DNA from: Botryllus schlosseri
Lineage: Eukaryota
Length of the DNA: 64,000 nt
Assembly: GCA_051294905.1 (NCBI GenBank)
Contig: CM119372.1
Span: 1 to 64,000 of the forward strand
Direction: 5' to 3'
Shown here: positions 12,101 to 24,728 of the stretch, in pieces
Layout: every line of letters starts with the position of its first letter
Position numbering within the stretch: the first letter of the stretch is position 1
Translations under genes and position numbers: made by a program
Notes under the pieces: generated by a model
What the model was told of the DNA's origin: nothing
Database searches by the model: none
What the model saw: the letters and a program-made list of their open reading frames with translations, nothing else

Positions 12101-14657
12101 GCGAGACTAGTAGAATCTATTTCAAAACGAATTAGGCTTCGGACTCTACATATATCTCATTAGAATCGAATTGAAATCGGACATTTTCGAAATTTCGATA
12201 ATCCGGACACACTTATGGCCCCAGTTCGACCCTTGGGACGTCGACTTGAATAATAATTTTGGTATTGATGGAATCGGCTAGACTATTAGAATCCATTTCA
12301 AAACGAATTAGTCTTCGGACTCTACATATATCTCATTAGAATCGAATTGAAATCGGACATTTTCGAAACTTCGATAATCCGGACACACTTATGGCCCCAG
12401 TTCGACCCTTGGGACGATGACTTGAATAATAATTTTGGGATTGATGGAATCGGCTAAACCAGTAGAATCCATTTCAAAACGAATTAGGCTTCGGACTCTA
12501 CATATATCTCATTAGAATCGAATTGAAATCGGACATTTTTGAAATTTCGATAATCCGGACACAATTATGGCCCCAGATCGACCCTTGGGACGTCGACTTG
12601 AATAATAATTTTGGTCTCGATAGAAGCGGCGAGACTAGTAGAATCCATTTCAAAACGAATTAGGCTTCGGACTCTACATATATCTCATTAGAATCGAATT
12701 GAAATCGGCCATTTTCGAAATTTCGATAATCCGGACACAATGATGGCCCCAGATCAACCCTTGGGACGTCGACTTGAATATAAATTTTGGGATTGATGGA
12801 ATTGGCTAGACTAGTAGAATCCATTTCAAAACGAATTAGGCTTCGGACTCTACATATATCTCATTAGAATCGAATTGAAATCGGACATTTTCGAAATTTC
12901 GATAATCCGGACACACTTATGGCCCCAGTTCGACCCTTGGGACGTCGACTTGAATAATAATTTTGGTATTGATGGAATTGGCTAGACTATTAGAATCCAT
13001 TTCAAAACGAATTAGGCTTCGGACTCTACATATATCTCATTAGAATCGAATTGAAATCGGACATTTTCGAGATTTCGATAATCCGGACACACTTATGGCC
13101 CCAGATCAACCCTTGGGACGTCGACTTGAATAATAATTTTGGTCTCGATAGAAGCGGCGAGACTAGTAGAATCTATTTCAAAACGAATTAGGCTTCGGAC
13201 TCTACATATATCTCATTAGAATCGAATTGAAATCGGACATTTTCGAAATTTCGATAATCCGGACACACTTATGGCCCCAGTTCGACCCTTGGGACGTCGA
13301 CTTGAATAATAATTTTGGTATTGATGGAATCGGCTAGACTAGTAGAATCCATTTCAAAACGAATTAGGCTTCGGACTCTACATATATCTCATTAGAATCG
13401 AATTGAAATCGGACATTTTCGAAATTTTGATAATCCGGACACAATTATGGCCCCCGTTTGACCCTTGGGACGTCGACTAGAATAATAATTTGGGTATTGA
13501 TGGAATTGGCGAGACTAGTAGAATCCATTTCAAAAAGAATTAAGCTCCGGACTCAACATATATCTCATTAGAATCGAATTGAAATCGGACATTTTCGAAA
13601 TTTCGATAATCCGGACACAATTATGGCCCCAGATCGACCCTTGGGACGTCGACTTGAATAATAATTTTGGTCTCGATAGAAGCGGCGAGACTAGTAGAAT
13701 CTATTTCAAAACGAATTAGGCTTCGGACTCTACATATATCTCATTAGAATCGAATTGAAATCGGACATTTTCGAAATTTCGATAATCCGGACACACTTAT
13801 GGCCCCAGTTCGACCCTTGGGACGTCGACTTGAATAATAATTTTGGTATTGATGGAATCGGCTAGACTAGTAGAATCCATTTCAAAACGAATTAGGCTTC
13901 GGACTCTACATATATCTCATTAGAATCGAATTGAAATCGGACATTTTCGAGATTTTGATAATCCGGACACACTTATGGCCCCAGATCAACCCTTGGGACG
14001 TCGACTCGAATAATAATTTTGGTCTCGATAGAAGCGGCGAGACTAGTAGAATCTATTTCAAAACGAATTAGGCTTCGGACTCTACATATATCTCATTAGA
14101 ATCGAATTGAAATCGGACATTTTCGAAATTTCGATAATCCGGACACACTTATGGCCCCAGTTCGACCCTTGGGGCGTCGACTTGAATAATAATTTTGGTA
14201 TTGATGGAATCGGCTAGACTATTAGAATCCATTTCAAAACGAATTAGGCTTCGGACTCTACATATATCTCATTAGAATCGAATTGAAATCGGACATTTTC
14301 GAGATTTCGATAATCCGGACACACTTATGGCCCCAGATCAACCCTTGGGACGTCGACTTGAATAATAATTTTGGTCTCGATAGAAGCGGCGAGACTAGTA
14401 GAATCTATTTCAAAACGAATTAGGCTTCGGACTCTACATATATCTCATTAGAATCGAATTGAAATCGGACATTTTCGAAATTTCGATAATCCGGACACAC
14501 TTATGGCCCCAGTTCGACCCTTGGGACGTCGACTTGAATAATAATTTTGGTATTGATGGAATCGGCTAGACTAGTAGAATCCATTTCAAAAAGAATTAAG
14601 CTCCGGACTCAACATATATCTCATTAGAATCGAATTGAAATCGGACATTTTTGAAAT
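6168..14657 (+). repeat. 176-bp satellite array, about 48 units, with higher-order variant pattern
   Basis: CATATATCTC recurs at 6341, 6517, 6693 (period 176); high unit identity. Confidence 0.98.
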
Positions 14658-16541
14658 GGGACGTCGGCTAGAAGGATAATTTTACCACATATTGGTGCTT
14701 CTTCTGTTTAAAAGGAACTCGCCCAAAGTTGCGAAAAGTTTCGGAATTCTGAAAAACTCTTCTGCAATTTCGGGTCTTCAACGTTTGGATTGTTCGGTTA
14801 TTGATGAAAATGTCGTAATCCTAAAGGGCGAAATTTTTCACGAACATTGCGAAGAAAGATAAAAACCAGGGGGCACCATTTTTGTCCGAAGCAAAATCAT
14901 AATGGACAATTTGAAAACTTCTGAAATTTTTGAGGAAGGATCAAATCCAGCCTGCACAAAAAATGAATATTATTCTTCGGATTTCGCCGTCGAAATTTTG
15001 CATGTTTCATGTGTCGGATCGGTGCCACATCAGGTCTTTTGCTCAGATATTTGACTATATAGGCATGCTAAAATGGAAGATATTCAAAACTACGCGGTGT
15101 ACGAAAAATATAGTGCTTGTTACAAAAGTGTGGCGGTAACATGGTTTTCCTTGCTGTCATAACGTCGGGCGTCAACGATGTCAAAACTACTCTCTGTGCA
15201 GATAAAGCAGGACACGGATAAATCATTGAAATTCTCAGGTATTACGCTTGTCGCTTATATATTTAAAATAATCGAGATTAATAGGACACGTACGGGCACA
15301 TGTGGGCAAAGTAGAAGTTGAATTTGCTCTATGTAAAAACTACTCAAATAAATAAGTTTTCAGCAAAACCTGGAAATTGACATATACAGACGAGGCAGAG
15401 CTGAGTCTGCGTTGCTATACGTCCCATGCAGAAGATATATATTTTCAACAGGATAGCGATTCGACCGCAATATCTGAACCACGCAAGTGCTATATAGATT
15501 AATATGCCGAGACTTTCGTAGATCTGTTGTATAGTGATCTCTCCATATATATTTCGCGCGAAGCAGACTAAAATTTTTGTCTCTCAGCGAAAACTGGTCC
15601 TCAATTTTTCCACCTTGGTCTCTTTCTTCCTCTTATCCAGTGGTTCGTAACCTTTTTTTTAGACACGCCCACCTTTATGATAGTGAAAAATATCGCGCTA
15701 CCTTATCATAATATCTCAAAATCCAACCGGGATGCTAGCAACCCCAAAATATTGTTTGATCGCATGGAAGGTTATGACTGTCGATGAGAGAATTAAAAAA
15801 TATTAAATTATGTCTATATATTGAGAAACACGCGTGAATTGGAGGTAAATCACGCAGAGCGCGAAAAATCTTTTCAGTTGGCCGCTTCCTCGTGCCACAA
15901 GGTTGAGAACCACTGTTCTTATCAGATGTAGGTTACATATTACTTCTTTTACGTATAGATGAGAGAGTCGTACTCGAAAGTCGAAATGAGTAAGGAGAAT
16001 GCTGACTCTCGAATCTATAAAAAGCTTAATGTTCCTTGCGAGATAGCGCAATGTTGATCGAGTTCCGTGCCCACTATCTTATAGGTTACGTTATAATTTG
16101 ACGAAAGAGATAGAAATATATACATCTTTTTTATATATCAAATCAATGAATGTTTCAATTATTTCAGAAACGATCTTAAAAGACCGCGTCTCCCAATCGC
16201 ATATAGCTCGGAGGATGATGATATAACCACGGAAAAGGCAAAAAATCCATGGGAAAGCGCTGCAAAATGCCGGAAATTTCATTTCATCAACGGTTATCCA
16301 CGAGAGAGTTCCGATTTTCACGACATTTGAAGCACCGATCCGCGATATTTTATCGGAGGAACAAAGCAAGGAAATTTTTGAGCACGATAGCATTTGCGTA
16401 AGCTCGCTAACCAACTCAAATCAGGGGGAACAACACGTTTGTCGCTACGGGCTTTTTTGCTATCAAAAATCATGACAGGTTGAAAATGCATAGCTAAATC
16501 AGATATGGGAATCCAATGACGCATTATCGGTGTGTAAGTAG

Positions 16542-17548
16542 CAGAGGTGGTCAAAGTAGTCAAGAAAGCTACTCCAGTAGAAGTAGAAGTAGGAACGAAA
16601 AAATATATTCAAGTACGAGTAGAAGTACTTCTTCCATAAGACACCCAAAACTACTTGAAGTAGAAGTAGAATTGACTGACTTTAAAAGTACTCAAGTAAG
16701 TAAGTAGTTGTGAAAACGATCCTAATTCGTTCACATGGATTGTAAAAAGGTGCAAATTGAGCTATGCGAAAGGTTACGAGCTTGATTCATATTGAGGCAT
16801 ACCAAAAGGTATCCAATTTTCGATTTCCTAAGTATTCGTCCACATCATTGGACGAAAATGATAGTATTGATATGGAAATGCGATGCGAATCCTCTGTTTT
16901 CTCGAACAGCACGTTTTAGAAAACAGCATGGTATGGCGCCATCCCCCATTTTAGAAGGCCCGTAGTTTAGTCGAAGAGCAATACGGAGAAGTTGTATAGG
17001 ATTAGTAAACGTTAATAAAAAATATGGTGGAGCGTAAAAAGGCCATATTGTGTAGCTTTATTTCCGGAAATTATAGGCATATCAAAGTATATAATACTGG
17101 GAATTGAAAGTGAAACAAAAATAGGCCTATTACTTCTAAAAGCGGAACACGTTTTTCACGCCTTTAGTCCAGAAAGTTTCAGAGGTGGTATGCTAAAACA
17201 ACTCTAAAACTAACAACAAAAAGTCAGAGGCCTCTTTTCCAGGTTAGGACGCGTCATGGACATGCTAGATTACGATACAAAAAGTAAATGCTAGATTGCA
17301 AAATAGCGGTTTCAAACGTTATGATGAGCCATATATACTGTGATGAATTATTTCAAATGGGCGAAGGGCGACAATGTGGTGTGAACGCAGAGATATCTAG
17401 ATATCTAGTTCGATATATCCCTGTGTGAACAAAATATTACGAAGTAGAAGTAGAAAAAATCAGATCTACTTGAGTAAGTAACAGAAGTAGAGGAAAACTA
17501 CTTGAGTGCTTCGAAAAAGTAGAAGTACTTCGTTACTGACCACCTCTG
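16542..17548. mobile_element. Non-autonomous hAT element with AGTAGA subterminal repeats
   Basis: TIRs CAGAGGTGGTCA / TGACCACCTCTG; TSD GTAAGTAG / GTAGGTAG (1 mismatch). Confidence 0.85.
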
Positions 17549-18012
17549 GTAGGTAGCCTACGTCAAGTCGAGACTTTGCTTTCTGAGGAAGTTTGCGAAT
17601 AAATCAAATGCAGCCGGCAGAATATATCCGCGACCAGGGGAATTAACATTCGAGGTAATCAACCCTGGCGTTATTGCAGAAAACTGTGATGTGATAAAAT
17701 TTTTGAAACCAGATTTCGAAGTCCATTCATACTTTTGACTTGTAATTTTGATTCAAAAAATAATCAAACAAACCATGGTGAAAATAAACACAACTATACA
17801 AAGACGCTGAAGAACTCGCAAGGATGTTAATCAATGCTGATAATAGATTGATGAATAGAAAAGCCAGAATTTTGAATGTACCTTCCCGTACTTGTTATCA
17901 TCATTTTGTACAATGTACATTGTACATCGTACATTATTACAATTCGAAAAAATGATAAAATTTGCTATGGTCTTGTTTTATTGGTCCGTCCGTATCATTG
18001 GTGAAAGCATTT

Positions 18013-19392
18013 TAGCCGATTCCATCAATCCCAAAATTATTATTCAAGTCGACGTCCCAAGGGTCGATCTGGGGCCATAATTGTGTCCGGATTATCGAAA
18101 TCTCGAAAATGTCCGATTTCAATTCGATTCTAATGAGATATATGTAGAGTCCGAAGCCTAATTCGTTTTGAAATGGATTCTACTAGTCTAGCCGATTCCA
18201 TCAATACCAAAATTATTATTCAAGTCGTCGTCCCAAGGGTCGATCTGGGGCCATAATTGTGTCCGGATTATCGAAATTTCGAAAATGTCTGATTTCAATT
18301 CGATTCTAATGAGATATATGTAGAGTCTAAAGCCTAATTCGTTTTGAAATGGATTCTACTAGTCTAGCCGATTCCATCAATTCCAAAATTATTATTCAAG
18401 TCGACGTCCCAAGGGTCGAACTGGGGCCATAAGTGTGTCCGGATTATCAAAATTTCGAAAATGTCCGATTTCAATTCGATTCTAATGAGATATATGTAGA
18501 GTCCGAAGCCTAACTCGTTATGAAATGGATTCTACCAGTCTAGCCGATTCCATCAATCCCAAAATTATTATTCAAGTCGACGTCCCAAGGGTCGAACTGG
18601 GGCCATAAGTGTGTCCGGATTATCGAAATTTCGAAAATGTCCGATTTCAATTCGATTCTAATGAGATATATGTAGAGTCCGAAGCCTAATTCGTTTTGAA
18701 ATGGATTTTACTAGTCTAGCCGATTCCATCAATCCCAAAATTATTATTCAAGTCGACGTCCCAAGGGTCGAACTGGGGCCATCATTGTGTCCGGATTATC
18801 GAAATTTCGAAAATGTCCGATTTCAATTCGATTCTAATGAGATATATGTAGAGTCCGAAGCCTAATTCGTTTTGAAATGGATTCTACTAGTCTAGCCGAT
18901 TCCATCAATACCAAAATTATTATTCAAGTCGACGTCCCAAGGGTCGATCTGGGGCCATAATTGTGTCCGGATTATCGAAATTTCGAAAATATCCGATTTC
19001 AATTCGATTCTAATGAGATATATGTAGAGTCCGAAGCCTAATTCGTTTTGAAATGGATTTTACTAGTCTAGCCGATTCCATCAATCCCAAAATTATTATT
19101 CAAGTCGACGTCCCAAGGGTCGAACTGGGGCCATCATTGTGTCCGGATTATCGAAATTTCGAAAATGTCCGATTTCAATTCGATTCTAATGAGATATATG
19201 TAGAGTCCGAAGCCTAATTCGTTTTGAAATAGATTCTACTAGTCTCGCCGCTTCTATCGAGACCAAAATTATTATTCAAGTCGACGTCCCAAGGGTTGAT
19301 CTGGGGCCATAAGTGTGTCCGGATTATCGAAATTTCGAAAATGTCCGATTTCAATTCGATTTTAATGAGATATATGTAGAGTCCGAAGCCTA
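18013..19392 (-). repeat. Inverted array of the same 176-bp satellite, about 8 units
   Basis: Units are reverse complements of those at 6168-14657. Confidence 0.97.
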
Positions 19393-20126
19393 AATCCTTT
19401 AAATAAGTGTTCTACTATTCGTCGTGATCATATTTTCGGGTAAATGATGATTCTTCGTAGCAACCGCCTGTGTGAAACCATTCCCGCACTCTTCGAAATA
19501 TATTTATACCTAAGGATTGTCGATAGACATGGTCTGTTGAGCGTTATCATCGACACATTTCTGACGATATCTTTGCAAAATATTCAGTCAAACGGCTGTG
19601 TAGTAGGTATCTATTCGTCTTCTTAAAATTGGTTTTTCGTCATAATACCTGGAATTACACCCGAAAACAGTCGTTTACGTGCATGCAGAAGGCGTCGTGG
19701 TGAGCGGACGCGTTTTCAGCGCTCCCGTTATGTAGCTATGATAATTATCGAAAATCCGGAATTCTAGAAGACAAGAAGTCGATTTATCCAGTTAGATAGA
19801 CAGAATTTTCACCAACCAAATTGATACACCAACGATACAGCAAGAAATCGGTTGAAGACGCTAAAAGTTTGATGAACTGGATATATCATTGGAAATAGGA
19901 TATCAAGACTGAACAGAACTGTGGTTGCTACATCGGGAATTTACCATTGGCCGCAATACTTCACCAACCGTCAGACAATCAATACCGATTTGGACCCAGC
20001 TTCGCCAACCGTTGGACAAAATACGTAGCAATTTTGAACCGAAACTCAACTTGATATTATTCATCTAAAAGGTTTGGTGCTAATATATTTCGATATATGC
20101 GACTGTAAAATCGCTATATTGTAGCG

Positions 20127-23100
20127 CTCTTCGCCCACATAATTGGATCAAGCCAGTGTTGCGTGACGCAAATCGAACTGAGCGAACGCATAAGTATCTC
20201 CATTCACTGACAAAACAACATGGAAATTTGGGTCAACTCGGAATCATGACGAATAAGAATAGTTTCCCACTGATCAGAAAGTGTAACTCAATATCGATCA
20301 ACGAGACGGCTTCAATTCTGCAAGCCCCGAAGGGTAAACAAATTAGTTTGATTCATACAAATATCAGAGGATTGCAATCTAATTCCCACCATGATGAGTT
20401 AAAAGACCTTATCGCTGATCTGAAGCTACCTACCCTCGTAGCAATTTCAGAAATAAACTTTTCAACCAAACCCACGCAAAATGTTGATATATCGGGATAC
20501 AACTTCGAGTATACTCCGGCACCGAAGTCAAAGAAACCTTACGGAGGTGTTGGTCTTTACATTGAAGAAAACATTCCATACGAAATTTGCACGGACTACG
20601 ATCTGAATGTCAAAGATTGCGAAGAGTTATGGCTGGAAGTTGATCACCCAATTGGAATTCACAAATCTTTTCTTGTGGCCGTATTATACCGTCATCCCAC
20701 GAAAAACATGAACCAATTCGCAAAAGCGTTGGAGCACTCACTGGACAAAGTCAACAGCGACAAAAAGATGTGTTTCATTGCGGGAGATATCAACATAAAC
20801 CTTCTAAAACACAAAGGCAACGCATACTCCAACGCCATCAAATCCGCCGGTCTTTACCAAATGATCACCGAGCCTACGCGCATAACCGATAAGTCAAGGA
20901 CTTTGATCGACCACATATATACCAACTCGCGCGACATGGAAATCATTCCATTTGTCATTTCGGCAAAAATCAGTGACCACAACCATATTGGTTTTCTATC
21001 ACAAGAACAACAAAGGACGCCCCCTGAAACATATCACCTCTGCAGACGACGAGAGTTAGTGGACGAAGAAGCGCTCGATGATGCCGCATTCAATCAATTT
21101 AAAACATCAGCCATCCCCCACATCTCGATAAACAACTTTGACGATAAATTTGTAGAGTTTATGTCTGCTATCAAATCACTGCTGGAACAATTTGCACCTC
21201 TACAGCGCCTTTCGAGAAGTCAAAGAAAATTGAAGCGAAATCCGTGGATGACCACAAAGCTGATTCAACTTATCCGTAAACGTAACCGGTGGCATAACCG
21301 ATTAGACACCAAGAACTGCCCAGAACATGAACGAGAAAGATTTCGACGTTTCAGGAATCGCACCGTGCATCTCATTTCCAAGGCAAAAGCAAAGTACAAT
21401 GAGAGATTTTTCAACAGACACATAAAGGACACTCGAAAAACATGGTCAGGACTTAACTCTCTCCTACATCGAAAAAAAGGCCATAAGTCTGTTTCGGATA
21501 TTGTGAATTCGGACACCGGAAACAAACTTTCAGACCCGGCGGCCATCGCGAATCACTTCAATGAATATTTTTGTAACGTAGGCCCAAATATTGCTTCTTC
21601 TATTACAAAACCTGTGTCGGCCAGGTCTGAGGTGAGATCGATATCCCAGTCAATTGTGCTTGAACCTACGACCAAATACGAAGTAGAAGTAGCCATCCAC
21701 AAACTGAAATCGCACAAGGCCGACGGCTATGACCAAATCCCATCATGGTTTTTAAAAATGATAAGCATGCATATCAGTCAATATATGGCCCATTTTTTCA
21801 ACTTCATGATAGAAAATGGAGTCTACCCAAGCTATCTAAAAAAAGCCAGAGTAGTCCCTGTACACAAAGCTGGGGATAGAACTAATGTCACCAACTACCG
21901 TCCGATATCCGTTCTCCCATGCATCGGGGTTGTATTCGAAAAGTTGCTCCTCTCCCGCCTGTCCTCATTCCTCGCCAAAATGTCTGTCATTTCCCCTCAA
22001 CAATTTGGCTTCCGAAACAAACACCAAACCGCACATGCCCTCCTAACAGTGGCCGAACAGTATTATGATATCTCAGAGAAGCGAAATGTGGGATGTAGCA
22101 TTTTTCTCGATCTAAAAAAAGCGTTTGACTGCGTAGATCATAAAATTCTCATCTCGAAATTGGCGCGCTACGGACTTCGGGGCCCACAACTTGAGCTCAT
22201 GAAAAGTTACCTCACTGGACGCCAACAAATGGTTGCGATCTCAGACACCTTGTCCTCTCCTCACCTGGTGACCTGTGGTGTGCCCCAAGGCTCAGTACTT
22301 GGACCGGTCCTTTTCACCTTATATGTCAACGACATTTTTGAAACCTCTTCATTGAACACCACACTTTTCGCTGATGATACTCACCTCCTCTCTTCAGCAT
22401 CTTCGACGGCAGAGCTGGATGCCCTGACTGGTGACCAAATGCCCAAAGTCCATGAGTGGACGGCCCAGAACAACCTCTGCATAAACGCCTCGAAATCGCA
22501 ATTGCTGACAGTAAATTCAAAAAATAACCTAACCGTTAATATCGCTGGTCAGCCCGTTTCCAACACAGATAATGCCAAATATCTCGGGGTTTTACTGGAC
22601 TCGAACATGTCCTGGAAGAGTCATATTCAGTCCCTAGAAATTAAATTATCACCGAAGTGCGGCCTGTTCTACAGCCTTAGGCGCTTCATGCCAGCATGGG
22701 TTCTTCTGATACTCTTTAAATCCTTAATCCAATCGAAGTTACACTATGGCATCCTCTGTTGGGGGGCTGCCAGTAAAACTGCACTCAAGCCACTGCAAAA
22801 ACTACAACATAAAGTACTCCGAATCATAGCTAGGGCCCCAAAGGGGCCTGGCCGCCCATCCAACAAGTCGCTGCTGAAGAGATTCGGCGTCCTAAACATA
22901 GAAGATATGCGGAAACTAGAAATCGCCAAGTTTATGTATCAGTTCCACTGCGGTCGTTGCCCCGAATATTTCAATGACTTCTTTACCTCGGAATCAAAAG
23001 CGCACAAGTACAACACACGCGCGTCCACGTCGTCCAAATATCATATGATCGACCGAAAAGATCATCGCTCTATCAAATATGCCGGACCTGATGTGTGGAA

Positions 23101-23454
23101 CAGTATCCCGCCGGCCATCCGACAGTCGACGAGCATGTCCACATTCAAGTCGAAATACAAGCAATTACTACTAAATAAATACAGTCCATCCTCAAGATTA
23201 CCGGACCACGACTGACCTATCGATCTCGCTTCCCATGACATGCCGCCCTATTTATTGTCGCTTTCTTTTTCTATACTATCTTCTTTACTTTCATTCAGTG
23301 TGCATGCCTCCTCTTTATATCGCCTAGGCCAAGGTAGGTGTCAGATTCCATAGACTGCTCCTTGTCGCTTCGACACCTTCCTGTCTTTTCATTGTATCGC
23401 ATTTTTTGTGGTGTATTGAACTGATAAAATTGCTAATAAACCAATGATGATGAT
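20127..23454 (+). mobile_element. CR1/L2-group LINE with intact ORF2, 3' UTR, AATAAA and (TGA)n tail
   Basis: AATAAA at 23435-23440 then ATGATGATGAT; 3' end confirmed by sister copies near 41537 and 60391; 5' limit inferred from CTCTTCGCCCACAT, also present at 40787. Confidence 0.9.
20246..23215 (+). CDS. LINE ORF2: AP endonuclease + reverse transcriptase (989 aa from first ATG; frame open from 20156)
   Basis: Endonuclease motifs NIRGL, GGVGLY, YRHP, GDININL, PTRIT..LIDH, SDH; RT motifs NYRPIS, QFGFR, DLKKAFD, GVPQGSVLGP, FADD, KYLG; no stops. Confidence 0.97.
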   Translation: MTNKNSFPLIRKCNSISINETASILQAPKGKQISLIHTNIRGLQSNSHHDELKDLIADLKLPTLVAISEINFSTKPTQNVDISGYNFEYTPAPKSKKPYGGVGLYIEENIPYEICTDYDLNVKDCEELWLEVDHPIGIHKSFLVAVLYRHPTKNMNQFAKALEHSLDKVNSDKKMCFIAGDININLLKHKGNAYSNAIKSAGLYQMITEPTRITDKSRTLIDHIYTNSRDMEIIPFVISAKISDHNHIGFLSQEQQRTPPETYHLCRRRELVDEEALDDAAFNQFKTSAIPHISINNFDDKFVEFMSAIKSLLEQFAPLQRLSRSQRKLKRNPWMTTKLIQLIRKRNRWHNRLDTKNCPEHERERFRRFRNRTVHLISKAKAKYNERFFNRHIKDTRKTWSGLNSLLHRKKGHKSVSDIVNSDTGNKLSDPAAIANHFNEYFCNVGPNIASSITKPVSARSEVRSISQSIVLEPTTKYEVEVAIHKLKSHKADGYDQIPSWFLKMISMHISQYMAHFFNFMIENGVYPSYLKKARVVPVHKAGDRTNVTNYRPISVLPCIGVVFEKLLLSRLSSFLAKMSVISPQQFGFRNKHQTAHALLTVAEQYYDISEKRNVGCSIFLDLKKAFDCVDHKILISKLARYGLRGPQLELMKSYLTGRQQMVAISDTLSSPHLVTCGVPQGSVLGPVLFTLYVNDIFETSSLNTTLFADDTHLLSSASSTAELDALTGDQMPKVHEWTAQNNLCINASKSQLLTVNSKNNLTVNIAGQPVSNTDNAKYLGVLLDSNMSWKSHIQSLEIKLSPKCGLFYSLRRFMPAWVLLILFKSLIQSKLHYGILCWGAASKTALKPLQKLQHKVLRIIARAPKGPGRPSNKSLLKRFGVLNIEDMRKLEIAKFMYQFHCGRCPEYFNDFFTSESKAHKYNTRASTSSKYHMIDRKDHRSIKYAGPDVWNSIPPAIRQSTSMSTFKSKYKQLLLNKYSPSSRLPDHD

Positions 23455-23710
23455 TGTCATTGAATACATCACCAAGAAATAGTATGGCAAGAGGTTCCAG
23501 AATATGTCGATGTAATTTCCAAAGCACAAAACGTAATGACACCCGAGTATATTTCCATGATTCACCCGATCATCGATTCTCGCCAAAAATTCTAATAGAA
23601 TCACAGTGGTCATGTGCCATATTAACCGATGTTCCCCATGACCACTCATCAGCATCATTACCTTAACGGATTCGCATCGCTGACTATTGTTTACCCACGG
23701 CACATAGGCA

Positions 23711-23900
23711 GGGGAGATAGCGTAGTGGTAACGATAAGCGTCTACCAATCTGACGGACCCGATTCGATTCCTGTCGGAGGTTTATCCGTTCTTACGGCAA
23801 CAAAAAGGTCGCGGCTTCAAAAAGATCAACATCGATAAGAACTGTGACATCGGGTACTCTAGGCCGAGGTGGATGTTAGAGTAGAGGATCGCTACTGATG
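23711..23900 (+). mobile_element. tRNA-derived SINE (head and part of body)
   Basis: A-box-like TAGCGTAGTGG and degenerate B-box GATTCGATTCC (23761-23771) at tRNA spacing; imperfect cloverleaf; 3' limit approximate. Confidence 0.6.
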
Positions 23901-24728
23901 CGTGTCGTTCGACATCCTCCTATCTGTTCATAGCATTGTGTCTTATTGCATTGTACATTGTTTGTGACTTGTTCAGATGAAAAATATAACCCAACGATAT
24001 TAATATATATTATTATTCACAATATAAATAGTCCAACGGTAGGGCACATCTTTACGCCTTGCCTGAAATATCACATCCCCTCTCTCGTAACCACAGTCAT
24101 ATCATATTCGTAACTGAATCGATTGGGGCCAGCGATCGCGGGTTATAGTGGTCCTGGGGAACATTGCTTGATACTATATGGTGCGGGTATGGAAGAAGTG
24201 CTGATGTGTCCTGTGTGCCTCAGGGCTCTGGCTATCCATTTGACCTGAAATCCGTTCAGTATACGAACACCCCTGCAGCATTCCCCTGTAAATCCCACTA
24301 TATAACGGTATGACATCAACTTGTCACGTTTGTGATAAAAACATTGTTCCAAACTGCCTGAAAGCAATATACAATGATCTAATCTGATTTGCCAAGCTAT
24401 ACATCAGAAAAACGGTCAGTATCCTTCAACAACCAGCACAACAGTTACCAGCACTGGTGACTTCAGCCTACCCCCTAGCTGGCTTGGATATCTGCAGGCC
24501 GTGTTATTTTTGGCATTTCAAGAGCCATATGCCAAAACTGCCAAAAGTAAAAATTTGAAAATGCCAAAAATAAGCAATTTTTGGCATTTGCCAAAAATAA
24601 CACGGCCTGCCAAATAGTGTATTTCGTTGATGGTGTTGTGTTAACAGGGCCGCGTTACAAGCGAGAAGAGCGTTTGTGAAAGGCAGGTTTCTTAATCTGG
24701 GTCCAACCCACCCATTAGGGGTGAAAGC

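Noticed and set aside
6168..14657. CRISPR-like array or tandem RNA genes
   Set aside because: Whole units repeat with no unique spacers; no tRNA, 5S or snRNA features recognised; eukaryotic context.
23711..23782. Functional tRNA gene
   Set aside because: Degenerate B-box, poor acceptor stem and continuing body sequence fit a SINE.
23794..23803. ACGGCAACAA shared with the telomeric insert
   Set aside because: Only 10 nt and the flanks differ; compatible with chance.
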